44,630 nt of DNA, taken from an uncultured Nitrososphaerales archaeon. Its GTDB lineage: Archaea > Thermoproteota > Nitrososphaeria > Nitrososphaerales > Nitrososphaeraceae. The notes under the pieces are model-generated. The model searched no databases. It was not told the DNA's origin and saw only the letters and a list, made by a program, of their open reading frames with translations. Where the stretch lies: positions 1-44,630 of the forward strand of contig CAWJCY010000005.1 of the NCBI GenBank assembly GCA_963841565.1, read 5' to 3'. This document shows, piece by piece, positions 28,551 through 38,799 of this stretch. A program made the translations under genes and the position numbers. The first letter of the stretch is position 1. Each line of letters opens with the position of its first letter.

Positions 28551-29237
28551 CTACATGACCGGTTCTCTCTTCACATACAGTTTTCCTGTGCGATCCTCCG
28601 CTAATCCCATTATGTTAAGAATCTGCCTAGAGTTAATGATGCCTTCGTGTCTTACTATTTTCTCTGCCATCTTTAGCCTGTAATTAGGCGTCCAGTGCTG
28701 ACCGATCTTATACTTTCCTCGTATATCCTGGGGGACAACTTTAATCACACTGACTGCACGTACTGATCGCATGGACTGATTTAGTGATTCATAAAATCCT
28801 TCAGTTTGGTATTTCTCCATCAACATGTTTAATGCAAAAGCCTTTTCGATGGCGTTATCAATCATGAACGCGTTACCCTTTATTACAACACTAATATAGA
28901 GAGTATCTGCTTGTGATGCATCTGTTGGATGAAAATAATACGAGGGCAGAAAGCAGACATGCTGATCCACTTCAAAACCGACTTTTGAATTTCTTTTAAT
29001 ATTTTCAATTTTCTCTCCAAATGGATGCGAATGCATATAGATCGCATCCGAATTGAGCGGAGTAGAATGTTTATTCATTTTCATCTCGTGCTGTGTCTTT
29101 GCGAAAACGAAATTCATGGGTATAACTTGAGGAAATCCATCAATATCAATAGAACATATTCTTCCAACTGGTTGACTATTCAAGAAATCAATTATTCGAT
29201 GCTCGGATTTTATCTGAAATCTATTTGTCAGTTGCAT
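28551..29237 (-). CDS. pyridoxamine 5'-phosphate oxidase-like FMN-binding protein (NimA-like)
   Basis: VGRICSID.DGFPQVIPMNFV, IYMHS...GEKIENIK.N.KVGFEVD, YISVVIKG, GKYKIGQ. Confidence 0.88.
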   Translation of the reverse strand: MQLTNRFQIKSEHRIIDFLNSQPVGRICSIDIDGFPQVIPMNFVFAKTQHEMKMNKHSTPLNSDAIYMHSHPFGEKIENIKRNSKVGFEVDQHVCFLPSYYFHPTDASQADTLYISVVIKGNAFMIDNAIEKAFALNMLMEKYQTEGFYESLNQSMRSVRAVSVIKVVPQDIRGKYKIGQHWTPNYRLKMAEKIVRHEGIINSRQILNIMGLAEDRTGKLYVKREPVM

Positions 29238-29863
29238 CTCATGTTACTTCCTGTTTATTATGCCCTTTCTAATAAACTAGTATCCAGACAGGGCTCCATG
29301 TTCACCTCATATCACTGTCTATTTATTGGGGGGAGATCATGAGCTTGTGCAAATGCATGTACGGATCCAAACTCAAATTTTGGGATTTTGCGCTTGTATT
29401 GTTCCATACTTTGTGTCGACATATTTAATCTCAATCTAGAGATTTAGTCCTGTGAACGTCACAGCATTAAAAACCATTTGAAGTTTCATATTTCATTATC
29501 GAGGATCTAATCTTTGTTTCTCAAGGCAAGATAAACAAAATTTAGAGAAAAACTCAATTTCTCAACCTAACCAAGATTAAGTGCTGAAGGTCTTCACTGT
29601 TTAAAATATCACTAGAGGGAGGAACTCAACATCCTTACCATAATATAGTATGAGGTTCTGTTGTAATAGAAAAGGTTCTGTAAGAAATATTCTGTTGTGA
29701 AGAAAATTCTTAGTGCAAGAACAGATCCTTACGGATTATTTTCTTGATAATTTTCTCATTTGTAGGAAACTAATCACCAATACGGTAAAGGATCCATATA
29801 TCACAAAGACAAAACTTGAAGAGTAAAACAATCCTAATTGTATTTCATTGAACATAACTTAAA

Positions 29864-29881
29864 TAATGATAATTATCATTA
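29864..29881. promoter_or_regulatory. perfect 18-bp palindrome, Fur-box-like
   Basis: TAATGATAATTATCATTA; 29862-29880 matches GATAATGATAATCATTATC at 15/19; overlaps TATA-like CTTAAATA upstream of the MarC ORF. Confidence 0.35.
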
Positions 29882-29888
29882 ATCTGTT

Positions 29889-30695
29889 ATGTTTAACGTT
29901 GAAATGTCAATTTGCATGGATTTTCTTTTCCAATTTTTGAATCTAATTCAAAATTATTCTCATTCATTCCCTTCATCGATTTCATTGGTTGCATCTGGAT
30001 CTCTTAATTTTATGAATATCATAAATGTCCAAGACCTTCTTACCTCCACTATTGCCTTATTTGTAGTAATGGATCCTATCGGCGTAATACCTTTATATGT
30101 TTCACTTACGAGAAACATGCCAAACAATGAGCGTAAAGTAATTTCCTCTAACGCAGTAATAACCACAGGTATTTTGTTGCTGGTATTCGCAATTGCTGGG
30201 ACTACGATCCTGAGTATATTTGGAATAACCATTTCCAGCTTCATGATAGCTGGCGGTATCCTTTTGTTTATAGTTGCAATTGAATTACTGACGCGGGGAG
30301 AATGGACCCTTGGCAATCCTAGAACTATTGCAAATATTGGAAAGAAATCTCCAGATACGGCAAAAAATCTGAACCCTGATACTGAGAGCGCGCCTGGAGG
30401 TGAATCAGGGGTAGTTCCTCTAGCATTTCCATTGCTTGCAGGGCCAGGAGCCATTACATCAGTAATGATCTCTTATCAATCTAACGGGCTGTTGACTTCA
30501 ATATTGTCAATTGCAATTGTCATTGGTCTTACTTTCATGATCCTTAGAATAGCTGAATCTATAAACAGATTACTTGGGCAACGGGGATCTATGATCGTTA
30601 CGAGGGTTTTTGCAGTGATTGTTGCAGCTATAGCAGTTCAATACATTATACAAGGAACAGGTCAAACCATTGTTGACTTGCGACTTAATATTTAA
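29889..30695 (+). CDS. MarC family integral membrane protein
   Basis: LFVVMDPIGVIPLY, SFMIAGGILLF, VVPLAFPLLAGPGAIT; start uncertain. Confidence 0.92.
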   Translation: MFNVEMSICMDFLFQFLNLIQNYSHSFPSSISLVASGSLNFMNIINVQDLLTSTIALFVVMDPIGVIPLYVSLTRNMPNNERKVISSNAVITTGILLLVFAIAGTTILSIFGITISSFMIAGGILLFIVAIELLTRGEWTLGNPRTIANIGKKSPDTAKNLNPDTESAPGGESGVVPLAFPLLAGPGAITSVMISYQSNGLLTSILSIAIVIGLTFMILRIAESINRLLGQRGSMIVTRVFAVIVAAIAVQYIIQGTGQTIVDLRLNI

Positions 30696-31193
30696 GCTAA
30701 AACAAGCCACCGTTGCTCTTTTGAGGATTATTGCTTCCAACGTTAGAAGTCTATCGGTCTATCCCAGGGAGTAAGAGTTTGCCTGAACTATTTAGTCATC
30801 ATTGCTTAATGTCTACCATCCAATTAATCGCTGTATATTAATAATGTGCAAACCGGTGCATCAACGATGCCTGGTAAGGGAATTTAGAGTGTATTAACTC
30901 GTGCTTAAGTAGAGAACGTAAGGGTAAACTTGAATGAGCTGCCTGTTCTTGAATCACTGTGAGAATCACTGATTCTTGTCTTAGAATCAATTATTCTTGG
31001 GCAATTATTATGAGTCGTATTTATTTGATTGACCGTTCCAATATCATCATCCTAGTATGTCGAACCTGAGAATTAGAATTTCATGCTACGATAAAAATTA
31101 CCACTCTTATCTAATATTTCGAAGCGGTTTGTAAGATGGCAAACAAGGAAAATTTAATAGTAAGCCTAGAAAAATTGGAGATCTCGCACCAAA

Positions 31194-31901
31194 TTGATCC
31201 TATTCTACCTTTTCCCGATCATTCTCTCAGAATTAGTATTTGCTACATCAAATACTGTATCGAATACAGCTGATCACGGCATTTTCGGGAATATGATTGA
31301 ACTAATAACTGGTTGGATAGCTAATTATGGATATCCATCAGTATTCGCTGCTGCTTTATTAGAAAATCTTTTTCCGCCTATTCCTAGCGAATTAGTATTT
31401 CCATTGGTCGGTTTCTCTGCTCAGACAAATGATCTTGGAATTGCAGGAGCAATAGGGATGGCTCTCATAGGGGCAGTCGGCTCCACAGTCGGAGCAATAA
31501 TAATATACTATATCGCTTTAAAGATAGGACTGCCGGCTATAACCAGGATTGGTAAACGATACCACCTAATTTCAGAATCAGATATAAAAAAGACAGAGAC
31601 ATGGTTTGTTAGACACGGTGAACTAGCGGTATTCCTTGGTAGGATGGCTCCAGGGATTCGTGAATTGATTTCCATACCGGCAGGGATTGCTGAAATGAAT
31701 ATTGTTAGATTCACATTTTTTACATTTATAGGATCATGTGTTTGGAGCTTATTTCTAACATTAATAGGATTTTTCATTGGAGATGCATGGATTAGATTTT
31801 ACGGTGATTATTCTCAAATCTTTGATATAGCAGGGATCACATTGATTCTGGTAATAGTTGCAATTGTCGCTCTAAGATATTATAAGGGAAGACAGGAGTA
31901 A
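31194..31901 (+). CDS. DedA family membrane protein
   Basis: LLENLFPPIPSELVFPLVGF, GSTVGA, WFVRHG..AVFLGRMAPGIRELISIPAG. Confidence 0.93.
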   Translation: MILFYLFPIILSELVFATSNTVSNTADHGIFGNMIELITGWIANYGYPSVFAAALLENLFPPIPSELVFPLVGFSAQTNDLGIAGAIGMALIGAVGSTVGAIIIYYIALKIGLPAITRIGKRYHLISESDIKKTETWFVRHGELAVFLGRMAPGIRELISIPAGIAEMNIVRFTFFTFIGSCVWSLFLTLIGFFIGDAWIRFYGDYSQIFDIAGITLILVIVAIVALRYYKGRQE

Positions 31902-32245
31902 CATATGTATTGACTGTTTAGCAGACTTGCATGCCTTGGTTGAACCTCCTTAGGATGATTGCTAAGCATATGGTTTCCGTCTATTAGTATCATCTGGTTG
32001 ATTCAATCGTATGTTAGTCAAATATTAGGTTTTGTTCGTAACAGTTACAAATATCACTAATGTTGTATTCGAATTGGGGACTTTTCACATACAATTGCTT
32101 CACTAAATTTTGGCAGGAGGTTAAACAGGTATCAAAATAAGGTCCGACGCAAAGGTCGGATATTTGTTTTAACCCGTTTTTCGGTAAGAGTATTACAATG
32201 TATTCAATATTTATAATAATGGCTTTTGTCTAACATAGTTGGATA

Positions 32246-32530
32246 ATGTTCGGAAATATCTTTAGAAGATGGAAGCCCAAAGGAAGCATGTACAGTCTAA
32301 AATGTGCACAATGTGGCAAGGGTTTTCTTTCCAGTTTAAAACTCGAAGCTCCTATATGTGGGAAGTGTCTTCAGAAGGTGAAATCACTGGATTCAACAGT
32401 AGATCAAGAGAAAAAATGCAGCAATTGTGGAAAGAATGGAGTCCTCTATGGAAAAAGTATGTGCTCCCAGTGCTATTTTGGTTTTTCAAATCCTACTGAA
32501 AGTAAGGAGCAAGGAACTAGAATACAATAA
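32246..32530 (+). CDS. small double zinc-finger protein
   Basis: Four CxxC pairs (CAQC, CGKC, CSNC, CSQC); TATA-like TTTATAA upstream. Confidence 0.7.
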   Translation: MFGNIFRRWKPKGSMYSLKCAQCGKGFLSSLKLEAPICGKCLQKVKSLDSTVDQEKKCSNCGKNGVLYGKSMCSQCYFGFSNPTESKEQGTRIQ

Positions 32531-32846
32531 AGCTCAACAATACCCCCTCTATGCATTTGAGATCTGGGGCGGCACATTCAAAGCACGAGGGAATTGTGGC
32601 GTAATATCAATCAATATTTGCGAGGGGGACTAATTAAGAATGCCCTAATGTAAAGTGTGTCTAGTTGGAATATTTTACTAAAGATTCATATTTCTGTTGC
32701 TGATTCTATTTGTATTTGCGTTGAATGTTGACAGACCTTGCTATCTAAATATCCATGACGAGTCCTGCCCGGTCTCCCTAAACGGTCATATGGCATTTTG
32801 CTGAATAAATGTGTAATTTCTGGGCCAGGACTAGAACTTTACAAGT

Positions 32847-33824
32847 CTAAGAGGGGGCAAACACCTGGACGCGGCTGTTCCCTGCATCAACCACATAAAC
32901 TTTCCCTGACATGTCTAAAGCTATACCCAGAGGATCAATAAATTGCCCTTCACTGCTACCTTTAGATCCCCACTTTGTTATAAAATTGCCTTCGCTGTCA
33001 AACTTCTGCACCCGGCTATTACCTTGATCAGTAACATAGGTATTTCCTTCTGAATCGACTGCAACATCACCTGGTCGAGTAAACTGTCCATCTCCAGAAC
33101 CAGGTGTTCCCCACTTTGTTATAAAATTGCCTTCGCTGTCAAACTTCTGCACCCGGTTATTGCCTCCATCAACTACATAGATATTGTTTGAGGAATCAGC
33201 AGTTAAGCCAGCAGGATTAATAAACTGTCCATCACCAGTGCCTGGTGTTCCCCACTTTGTTATAAGATTGCCTTCGCTGTCAAACTTTTGTATTCTATTG
33301 TTTTCACCAAAGTCCCCTACGTATATGTTGTCAGAACTATCCACAGTCAAACCTCCCGGGTTAATGAATTGACCGTCGCCCAAACCAAATGAACCCCACA
33401 TTCTTAGAAAATTGCCTTCGTTCGTGAACTCTTGTACTGCTGTATCTGGACTACCAAAATCAGCGACATAGACATTTCCAGAAGAACTAACACCTATACC
33501 GCTGGGACTGGTGAAGAGAGCAGGACCAAAACCCAATGTTCCCCAAGAAGTGAGAAGGGTGCCATTGTTAGTAAACTTCTGTACTTTGTTAGACACACTT
33601 GTAAAGTCCGTGACATACACATTGTCGTCCTGATCTACAGTGATCTCAAGGGGTTGTTTGAAAGTACCAAAGCCAGTACCAGTTGAACCCCATTGTGTAA
33701 CAAATGAATATTGTTCCTGCCCTAAAGCTGTCATCGCGGTATACAAAGTGGTTCCTAGTATCAGAGTCAATGTGATACCCATAAATGTCGCCAATGCCAT
33801 TCTAATGGTGACAAAGCTTTTCAT
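32847..33824 (-). CDS. secreted NHL-repeat six-bladed beta-propeller protein
   Basis: Signal peptide plus six WG..G.G.GQF..P.G.AVDS.GN.YV.D..N.RVQKF repeats. Confidence 0.92.
   Translation of the reverse strand: MKSFVTIRMALATFMGITLTLILGTTLYTAMTALGQEQYSFVTQWGSTGTGFGTFKQPLEITVDQDDNVYVTDFTSVSNKVQKFTNNGTLLTSWGTLGFGPALFTSPSGIGVSSSGNVYVADFGSPDTAVQEFTNEGNFLRMWGSFGLGDGQFINPGGLTVDSSDNIYVGDFGENNRIQKFDSEGNLITKWGTPGTGDGQFINPAGLTADSSNNIYVVDGGNNRVQKFDSEGNFITKWGTPGSGDGQFTRPGDVAVDSEGNTYVTDQGNSRVQKFDSEGNFITKWGSKGSSEGQFIDPLGIALDMSGKVYVVDAGNSRVQVFAPS
32967..33290. repeat. 141-bp period internal repeats of the NHL gene
   Basis: 49-bp identical blocks at 32967-33015 and 33108-33156; near-identical third copy from 33249. 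Confidence 0.85.
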
Positions 33825-33984
33825 ACTAAATCAAGTTATGATTGTTTTATATAAATGAATACTGTGTAGTGAAGGAGTACGAATACTATTTTAGATCGTT
33901 CTGCGGACACGATAAAGGCTGGATATAGGAAATAAATAAGATTTATGAATTGTTTTATTGCTGCTTTATCAGATTCATATTTTC

Positions 33985-34590
33985 CTATCTGCCTATTTGT
34001 GTACTATTCGCTTTCAACATAGGTCGCATATCTTTACGATCATCCATGACCAAGCCATAGATTGGAGTATTCCCATAATGATTGCTTACCTTTGAAGGGT
34101 CAAGCAATATGCTTATCACTTTATCTCCGGTGATCGTTATGCTCGAAGGGATGTCTGTAACCGGTCCTTCCCTCATACTTGCAGTTGCAGTACCATTAAA
34201 TATCATCGTTGAATTGTTTACCTGGGAAGAATTTGAAGCAACAAAATTAGTTATAGTGTGTGTATGTCCCGCGCTTCCATTAAGCCTTACCATCTCAAAC
34301 TGCGCATTGAAAGATTCTCCTCCTAAAGTTCCATTTCCTTGACCTTCAACTAATGATTGGTTGTTCGCCAAATTGCTTTTCCAATGCCCGAAAAGAACCC
34401 ATGCCGGATTCCCATTTTCACCATTCTGTACGCTGGATATTGTTCCAAATTCATACCCTCCTGTATCATTACCATATGGATAAGCTCTGGCCTGATTAAT
34501 CGGGTAGGTAGCTATCAAGACTGCTGATATAACGACAAAAGAAGCGAATATAGCAGAGCCTATCACTCGTTTTTCATCTCTTCTATCCAT
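33985..34590 (-). CDS. secreted hypothetical protein
   Basis: Signal peptide ending ARA; motifs GTISSVQN, WVLFGHW, HTHTITNF, HYGNTPIYG. Confidence 0.75.
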   Translation of the reverse strand: MDRRDEKRVIGSAIFASFVVISAVLIATYPINQARAYPYGNDTGGYEFGTISSVQNGENGNPAWVLFGHWKSNLANNQSLVEGQGNGTLGGESFNAQFEMVRLNGSAGHTHTITNFVASNSSQVNNSTMIFNGTATASMREGPVTDIPSSITITGDKVISILLDPSKVSNHYGNTPIYGLVMDDRKDMRPMLKANSTQIGR

Positions 34591-35014
34591 AAAATAATAA
34601 TGGTCGACACCATTATTTGTACCTTCGTTCTAATTTTACAAGTTTATCTATCCTCTTTCGACTTTCGTATGAATCTCATCTAGTTACAAGCTAGCAATAC
34701 GTCCACCGAAAATCCAAATCCTGTAAGAGCAGTGAGGAGGAATTCAGGAAAATCCAAAATGTAATCCGGATTAATTAGATTAGGATCGGATTTATTCACC
34801 TGACAATGCAATTAATTTCTGGGTCTCTCCTTATCGTAGGTATAGTGAAAGAAAAATGTAGACAAAATTTGGAGATCAGCATAGCATTGTTAGAACGAAT
34901 TTTCAAGCAAAAATCAGTAGGTAGACTATCGAATTAAAATAGAATTAATCCGATGCAAAACACAATTAGGCCTTCACTTAATATATGGCCGTATTTTAAA
35001 GTGATCAGCACTCA

Positions 35015-35614
35015 ATGCAGGTATTGATCGCTGAGGACGACCTTGACATAGCTACACTTTACAAAAAGGCTTTAGAGAGAAGAAGTCATAGTGTCACCAT
35101 TACTTCAAATGGAGAGGAATGTCTTAAGAGATATCTAGACGCGTTGCATCATATTACTTTTGGAATCTCATTAGCAAGTACGTACATGTCTGAAAGAACA
35201 GCAACAAGACCGGATCCCTCTTTATCGACCAGGTTTAGTAGATTCAGATCGGTCAACAAGTCCGCACCATATGATGTTGTGATTCTTGATTACAGCATGC
35301 CAAGCATCAACGGAATGAATGTAGCCAAGGAAATCTTAGCAATAAATTCCCATCAAAGAATTATTTTTGCTTCCGCATATGTTAAAGAAACCCTTGAACA
35401 TTCTATTAAGGAACTCAAGCAAGTAGTAGAACTGATTCAGAAGCCCTTTTCATTGAACAAACTAGTGGACATCATCGAAGACAAGGAAGTATATGAAGAT
35501 TTGAGAGCTCTTAACATTGATGTTGACCTTGTGAAAGCAACGAATCCGACCCATGAGCAAATCCTCGACCTTTTAGAAAGATTAAAGAGGATCCAGAAAC
35601 ATAGGACAGTTTGA
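35015..35614 (+). CDS. response regulator receiver protein with internal insertion
   Basis: VLIAEDD, YDVVILDYSMP..NG, IIFASAY, IQKPF. Confidence 0.9.
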   Translation: MQVLIAEDDLDIATLYKKALERRSHSVTITSNGEECLKRYLDALHHITFGISLASTYMSERTATRPDPSLSTRFSRFRSVNKSAPYDVVILDYSMPSINGMNVAKEILAINSHQRIIFASAYVKETLEHSIKELKQVVELIQKPFSLNKLVDIIEDKEVYEDLRALNIDVDLVKATNPTHEQILDLLERLKRIQKHRTV

Positions 35615-35919
35615 TTTTATTGTCGCGTCTCACTAGTATCTGGTCCTCACGAAGGTGGTCACTAATTAACAGAACAACCAGAATAACAAACAAGGTTATC
35701 TGAAAGAAGTAGAGGTATACTAAAGCATAGAATGTATCCTAACCTGTCCGCAAACAAGGTTTTTCCAATTTTGGGTATCCAAAAAGGAAAGTCTAAATGG
35801 GTTTTAACAGTGTTTAGTGTAGTTATGAACGCTAGGAAATGCGTTATGTCATCTGTTCTTGCGACCATAATAATTATTGTGAGATATGAAACTGAAAAAC
35901 GAGAGGATAGCTAAAATAA

Positions 35920-36183
35920 ATGTCTTCTTATAAAAGCAAAAGGCTTCCTAGGTCAGCCAGAAGGTCGCGTAAGCCGTTGCAGGAAAATTGGATAAGAGGT
36001 CCAGGGAGGGGGACCACGCTCAAATGTACTTACGTGAAGTGTTCTTATGAATGGGAATATTTTGGTCGCCGGAAATGGGCGCAGTGTCCCGCATGTCACA
36101 GTGTGTTGAAAGTTGCATTGGCCAAGAAGAATTTAATTTATCATCAACAAGCTTTGAATTCTAATGAATTCAAGAATGAATAG
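35920..36183 (+). CDS. small basic Zn-binding protein
   Basis: Arg/Lys-rich N-terminus, then C-x4-C..EWEY.G.....CPAC. Confidence 0.6.
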   Translation: MSSYKSKRLPRSARRSRKPLQENWIRGPGRGTTLKCTYVKCSYEWEYFGRRKWAQCPACHSVLKVALAKKNLIYHQQALNSNEFKNE

Positions 36184-36238
36184 GTTGAAAATCATGTATA
36201 ATCCCAGATAAAACTATCAACACCCGATGGTGAAGGCT

Positions 36239-37054
36239 TTATGGTCTCCAGGTAAACTTGCTCGACTGTCTAAAGAATTCGTAAGCGTTGTAAAAAGTCA
36301 CCTTTTCTATTTGCTCAATATTAAATTCTCCTGATTTTCTCATTTCTCTTGCCATTAGTGGAACACTCAAAGGGTCTGAAACTCCCCAATCAGCTGCACT
36401 ATGTACCATGATTTTTTCAGTACCGTATTTTTTTATTATATTGATTGCTCTATCAGGAGAGAGCTTAGTATATGGATATACTGACAACCCTGCCCATAAT
36501 CCAAGAGCTAAAGTTTTTTCAATGGTTTCTTCTACATTATGGTCTACCAAAATCATTTTTCTTCTATATTTATTAGAACTATTCAATATTTTCTCAATCC
36601 TATTGATCCCTTCCACTTTGTTATTGTGCGGTAGGTGTATTGTCATTAGCAAATCTTTATCCGCCGCTATGTCCATCTGTTTGATGAATACCTCTTCTTC
36701 TAGTTCGTTTATAAGATTATAGCCAATTTCGCCAACTGCCACAACTCGTTCCCTGTCAAGATATCCTTTTTTTGTCATTGCGTCAATTGCATCGAGTCCT
36801 AACGGTCTAGCATTTGCCTCCTTAGGATTTACTGAAATACAAACATAATGTTCGATGGCAAATTCTCTTGCTCGTTGAGTTTCAAAGGTGATCATATGCT
36901 CCCAATAATCCTCAAAAGTCCCAACAAACCTTCTCGGTCCTCCGAGCCAAAATGATGGTTGTACTATGACCTCGATGCCGGCCTTTGACATCAGATCATA
37001 ATCATCTGTCGTACGAGAATACATGTGAATATGGGGATCGAATAATCTTGTCAA
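36239..37054 (-). CDS. TatD-family metal-dependent hydrolase (EboB-like)
   Basis: FDPHIHM.SRTTDDY..M..AG, FWLG.PR, VNPKEAN, AVGEIG, IH.PH..K, DHN.EET, SAADWGVSDPLSVP. Confidence 0.85.
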   Translation of the reverse strand: MTRLFDPHIHMYSRTTDDYDLMSKAGIEVIVQPSFWLGGPRRFVGTFEDYWEHMITFETQRAREFAIEHYVCISVNPKEANARPLGLDAIDAMTKKGYLDRERVVAVGEIGYNLINELEEEVFIKQMDIAADKDLLMTIHLPHNNKVEGINRIEKILNSSNKYRRKMILVDHNVEETIEKTLALGLWAGLSVYPYTKLSPDRAINIIKKYGTEKIMVHSAADWGVSDPLSVPLMAREMRKSGEFNIEQIEKVTFYNAYEFFRQSSKFTWRP

Positions 37055-37481
37055 TTATGCTGAACTGTCTTTCTCTCACATATATATGGATGTAGTATAT
37101 CAAATATTGTATTCAAGACTACAATAGAGGGATCTTGGATGTTAGCGGTGATTCCAACGCAACTTTGTAACCTAAAGATAGGACATGTACAAATTTCATA
37201 TTTTGATAAACGAACCACTAACTATTTCGAGAATATTTTTAGAAACTTTGGCGTCAACTCTTTTCGTCTGTTCTCTTGAGTCAAGATTAAGAAATTTGGG
37301 CTATTCTGGAGCAGTTAGACGCTAAAATCATTGCACTAGCTATTCTACATATTTTATATCTGCGAGCAGAATAGTATAGATCTTAGATTAGATATATTTT
37401 ATAGTTAGAATTAATACACTTACTATGAGCAATGAGATCAAATTTATATATTTCAACATTCACAATATTATCTAATAGGCC

Positions 37482-37712
37482 ATGTCGAATGAGGATATAA
37501 TGTTTGCGGATTGGGATAAGATCATTCTTAAGAATGCACGGTCGAGGGATAGTAAAGAATTGGGTAATATTATTGCTGTTGATGATGACAACATTATTTT
37601 GAATCAAGATAACATCGAATTTAAGATACCAAAGTCTTATGTGGAAGGATATAGAGGGAACGCTGTCTTTCTCGGTCTAAATGGAAAAGATATCCAGTAC
37701 TATCAATTTTAG
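37482..37712 (+). CDS. small PRC-barrel-like hypothetical protein
   Basis: ARSRDSKELGNIIAV...FKIPKSYVEGY...VFL pattern; TTTATATA upstream. Confidence 0.65.
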   Translation: MSNEDIMFADWDKIILKNARSRDSKELGNIIAVDDDNIILNQDNIEFKIPKSYVEGYRGNAVFLGLNGKDIQYYQF

Positions 37713-37739
37713 GACTGATACTCATTAAACCATGATACA

Positions 37740-38492
37740 TTGGTCCTACGCAAGATGACTATTTTACCGCTATCCATTATCCAATGGTTAAATTCTAATC
37801 AGATTCTCCTACTTGCAATGAGCTTATTGAGTGTGTTACTTTTGCTCTTTGTTAATGTATCCGTAGTACAAATGTTCAATTCGATTTCATCTATTCCGGA
37901 TAGTTCGATAATCTCAAAGTTTATAATTGCACTGACACTTGTATTGATAGCGATTATCCCTCTCCCAATAGTACATAAGGGAATAGTTCCAATTGCAATA
38001 GCCGGCATAGGATTGCCTCTATTATATGCTGGTACGGTAATCCCTATTACAACCACATCATCACCTGGCATATCTGGAAATTCCGAAGAAATATTGTTCA
38101 TTGCTGAGGGATACTTTCTACTTGGAGTGTCAATGATGGCATTTAGTATTATCAGTGCATACAAACCTTCCATACTATATGTCAAGAATAGGCCAAAAGA
38201 TACAGGAGATATGAGCCAAGAAGAATATCCGCTGTGGGATAAGATGCATGGAGGAACAAACCACATTCTTTCCGTAGGTAGATTCGACGATGAGGTGAAT
38301 ATTCCTCTCAAAGATTTGATGAGCGAGATAGAGACGTATTTATTATGGCGATATTCGTATGTCTTGGTCTCAATTCGTGGAATCCGTTATCTCGCCAATC
38401 CCAATAGCTATGTTCCATATAGTTCAATTATCTTGAGAGACGAAAACGGGCGGATGATTGGGAAGGGCAAATTTAGCAGCTATCTAGTATAG
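37740..38492 (+). CDS. membrane hypothetical protein
   Basis: Four hydrophobic segments followed by a soluble C-terminal domain. Confidence 0.65.
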   Translation: MVLRKMTILPLSIIQWLNSNQILLLAMSLLSVLLLLFVNVSVVQMFNSISSIPDSSIISKFIIALTLVLIAIIPLPIVHKGIVPIAIAGIGLPLLYAGTVIPITTTSSPGISGNSEEILFIAEGYFLLGVSMMAFSIISAYKPSILYVKNRPKDTGDMSQEEYPLWDKMHGGTNHILSVGRFDDEVNIPLKDLMSEIETYLLWRYSYVLVSIRGIRYLANPNSYVPYSSIILRDENGRMIGKGKFSSYLV

Positions 38493-38799
38493 CTAAATCA
38501 AATTTCGTAGATCATTCATTTATTTGGCCACAGTGTGGGACCAGGATGTGAAAGATTAGCATATTCGATAACGTTCCCATAAAAGGTCCATTCTATGATC
38601 TATGAAATCTATTTGACTCCCCCTGAGGTCGGTATTCAAATCTTCATAGTGCCACGTTGTATTTGTTTTGGAACAAACTAGAAAAGCATTTTTTAATTAG
38701 GTTGGTTCACTAACTCGTAAGGGTAGTTAGTAAATAAATAAACAAATCTTTTAAGCAAGATGACGGAATACGATAGCTATTTGAAAGATGGGAACATAA

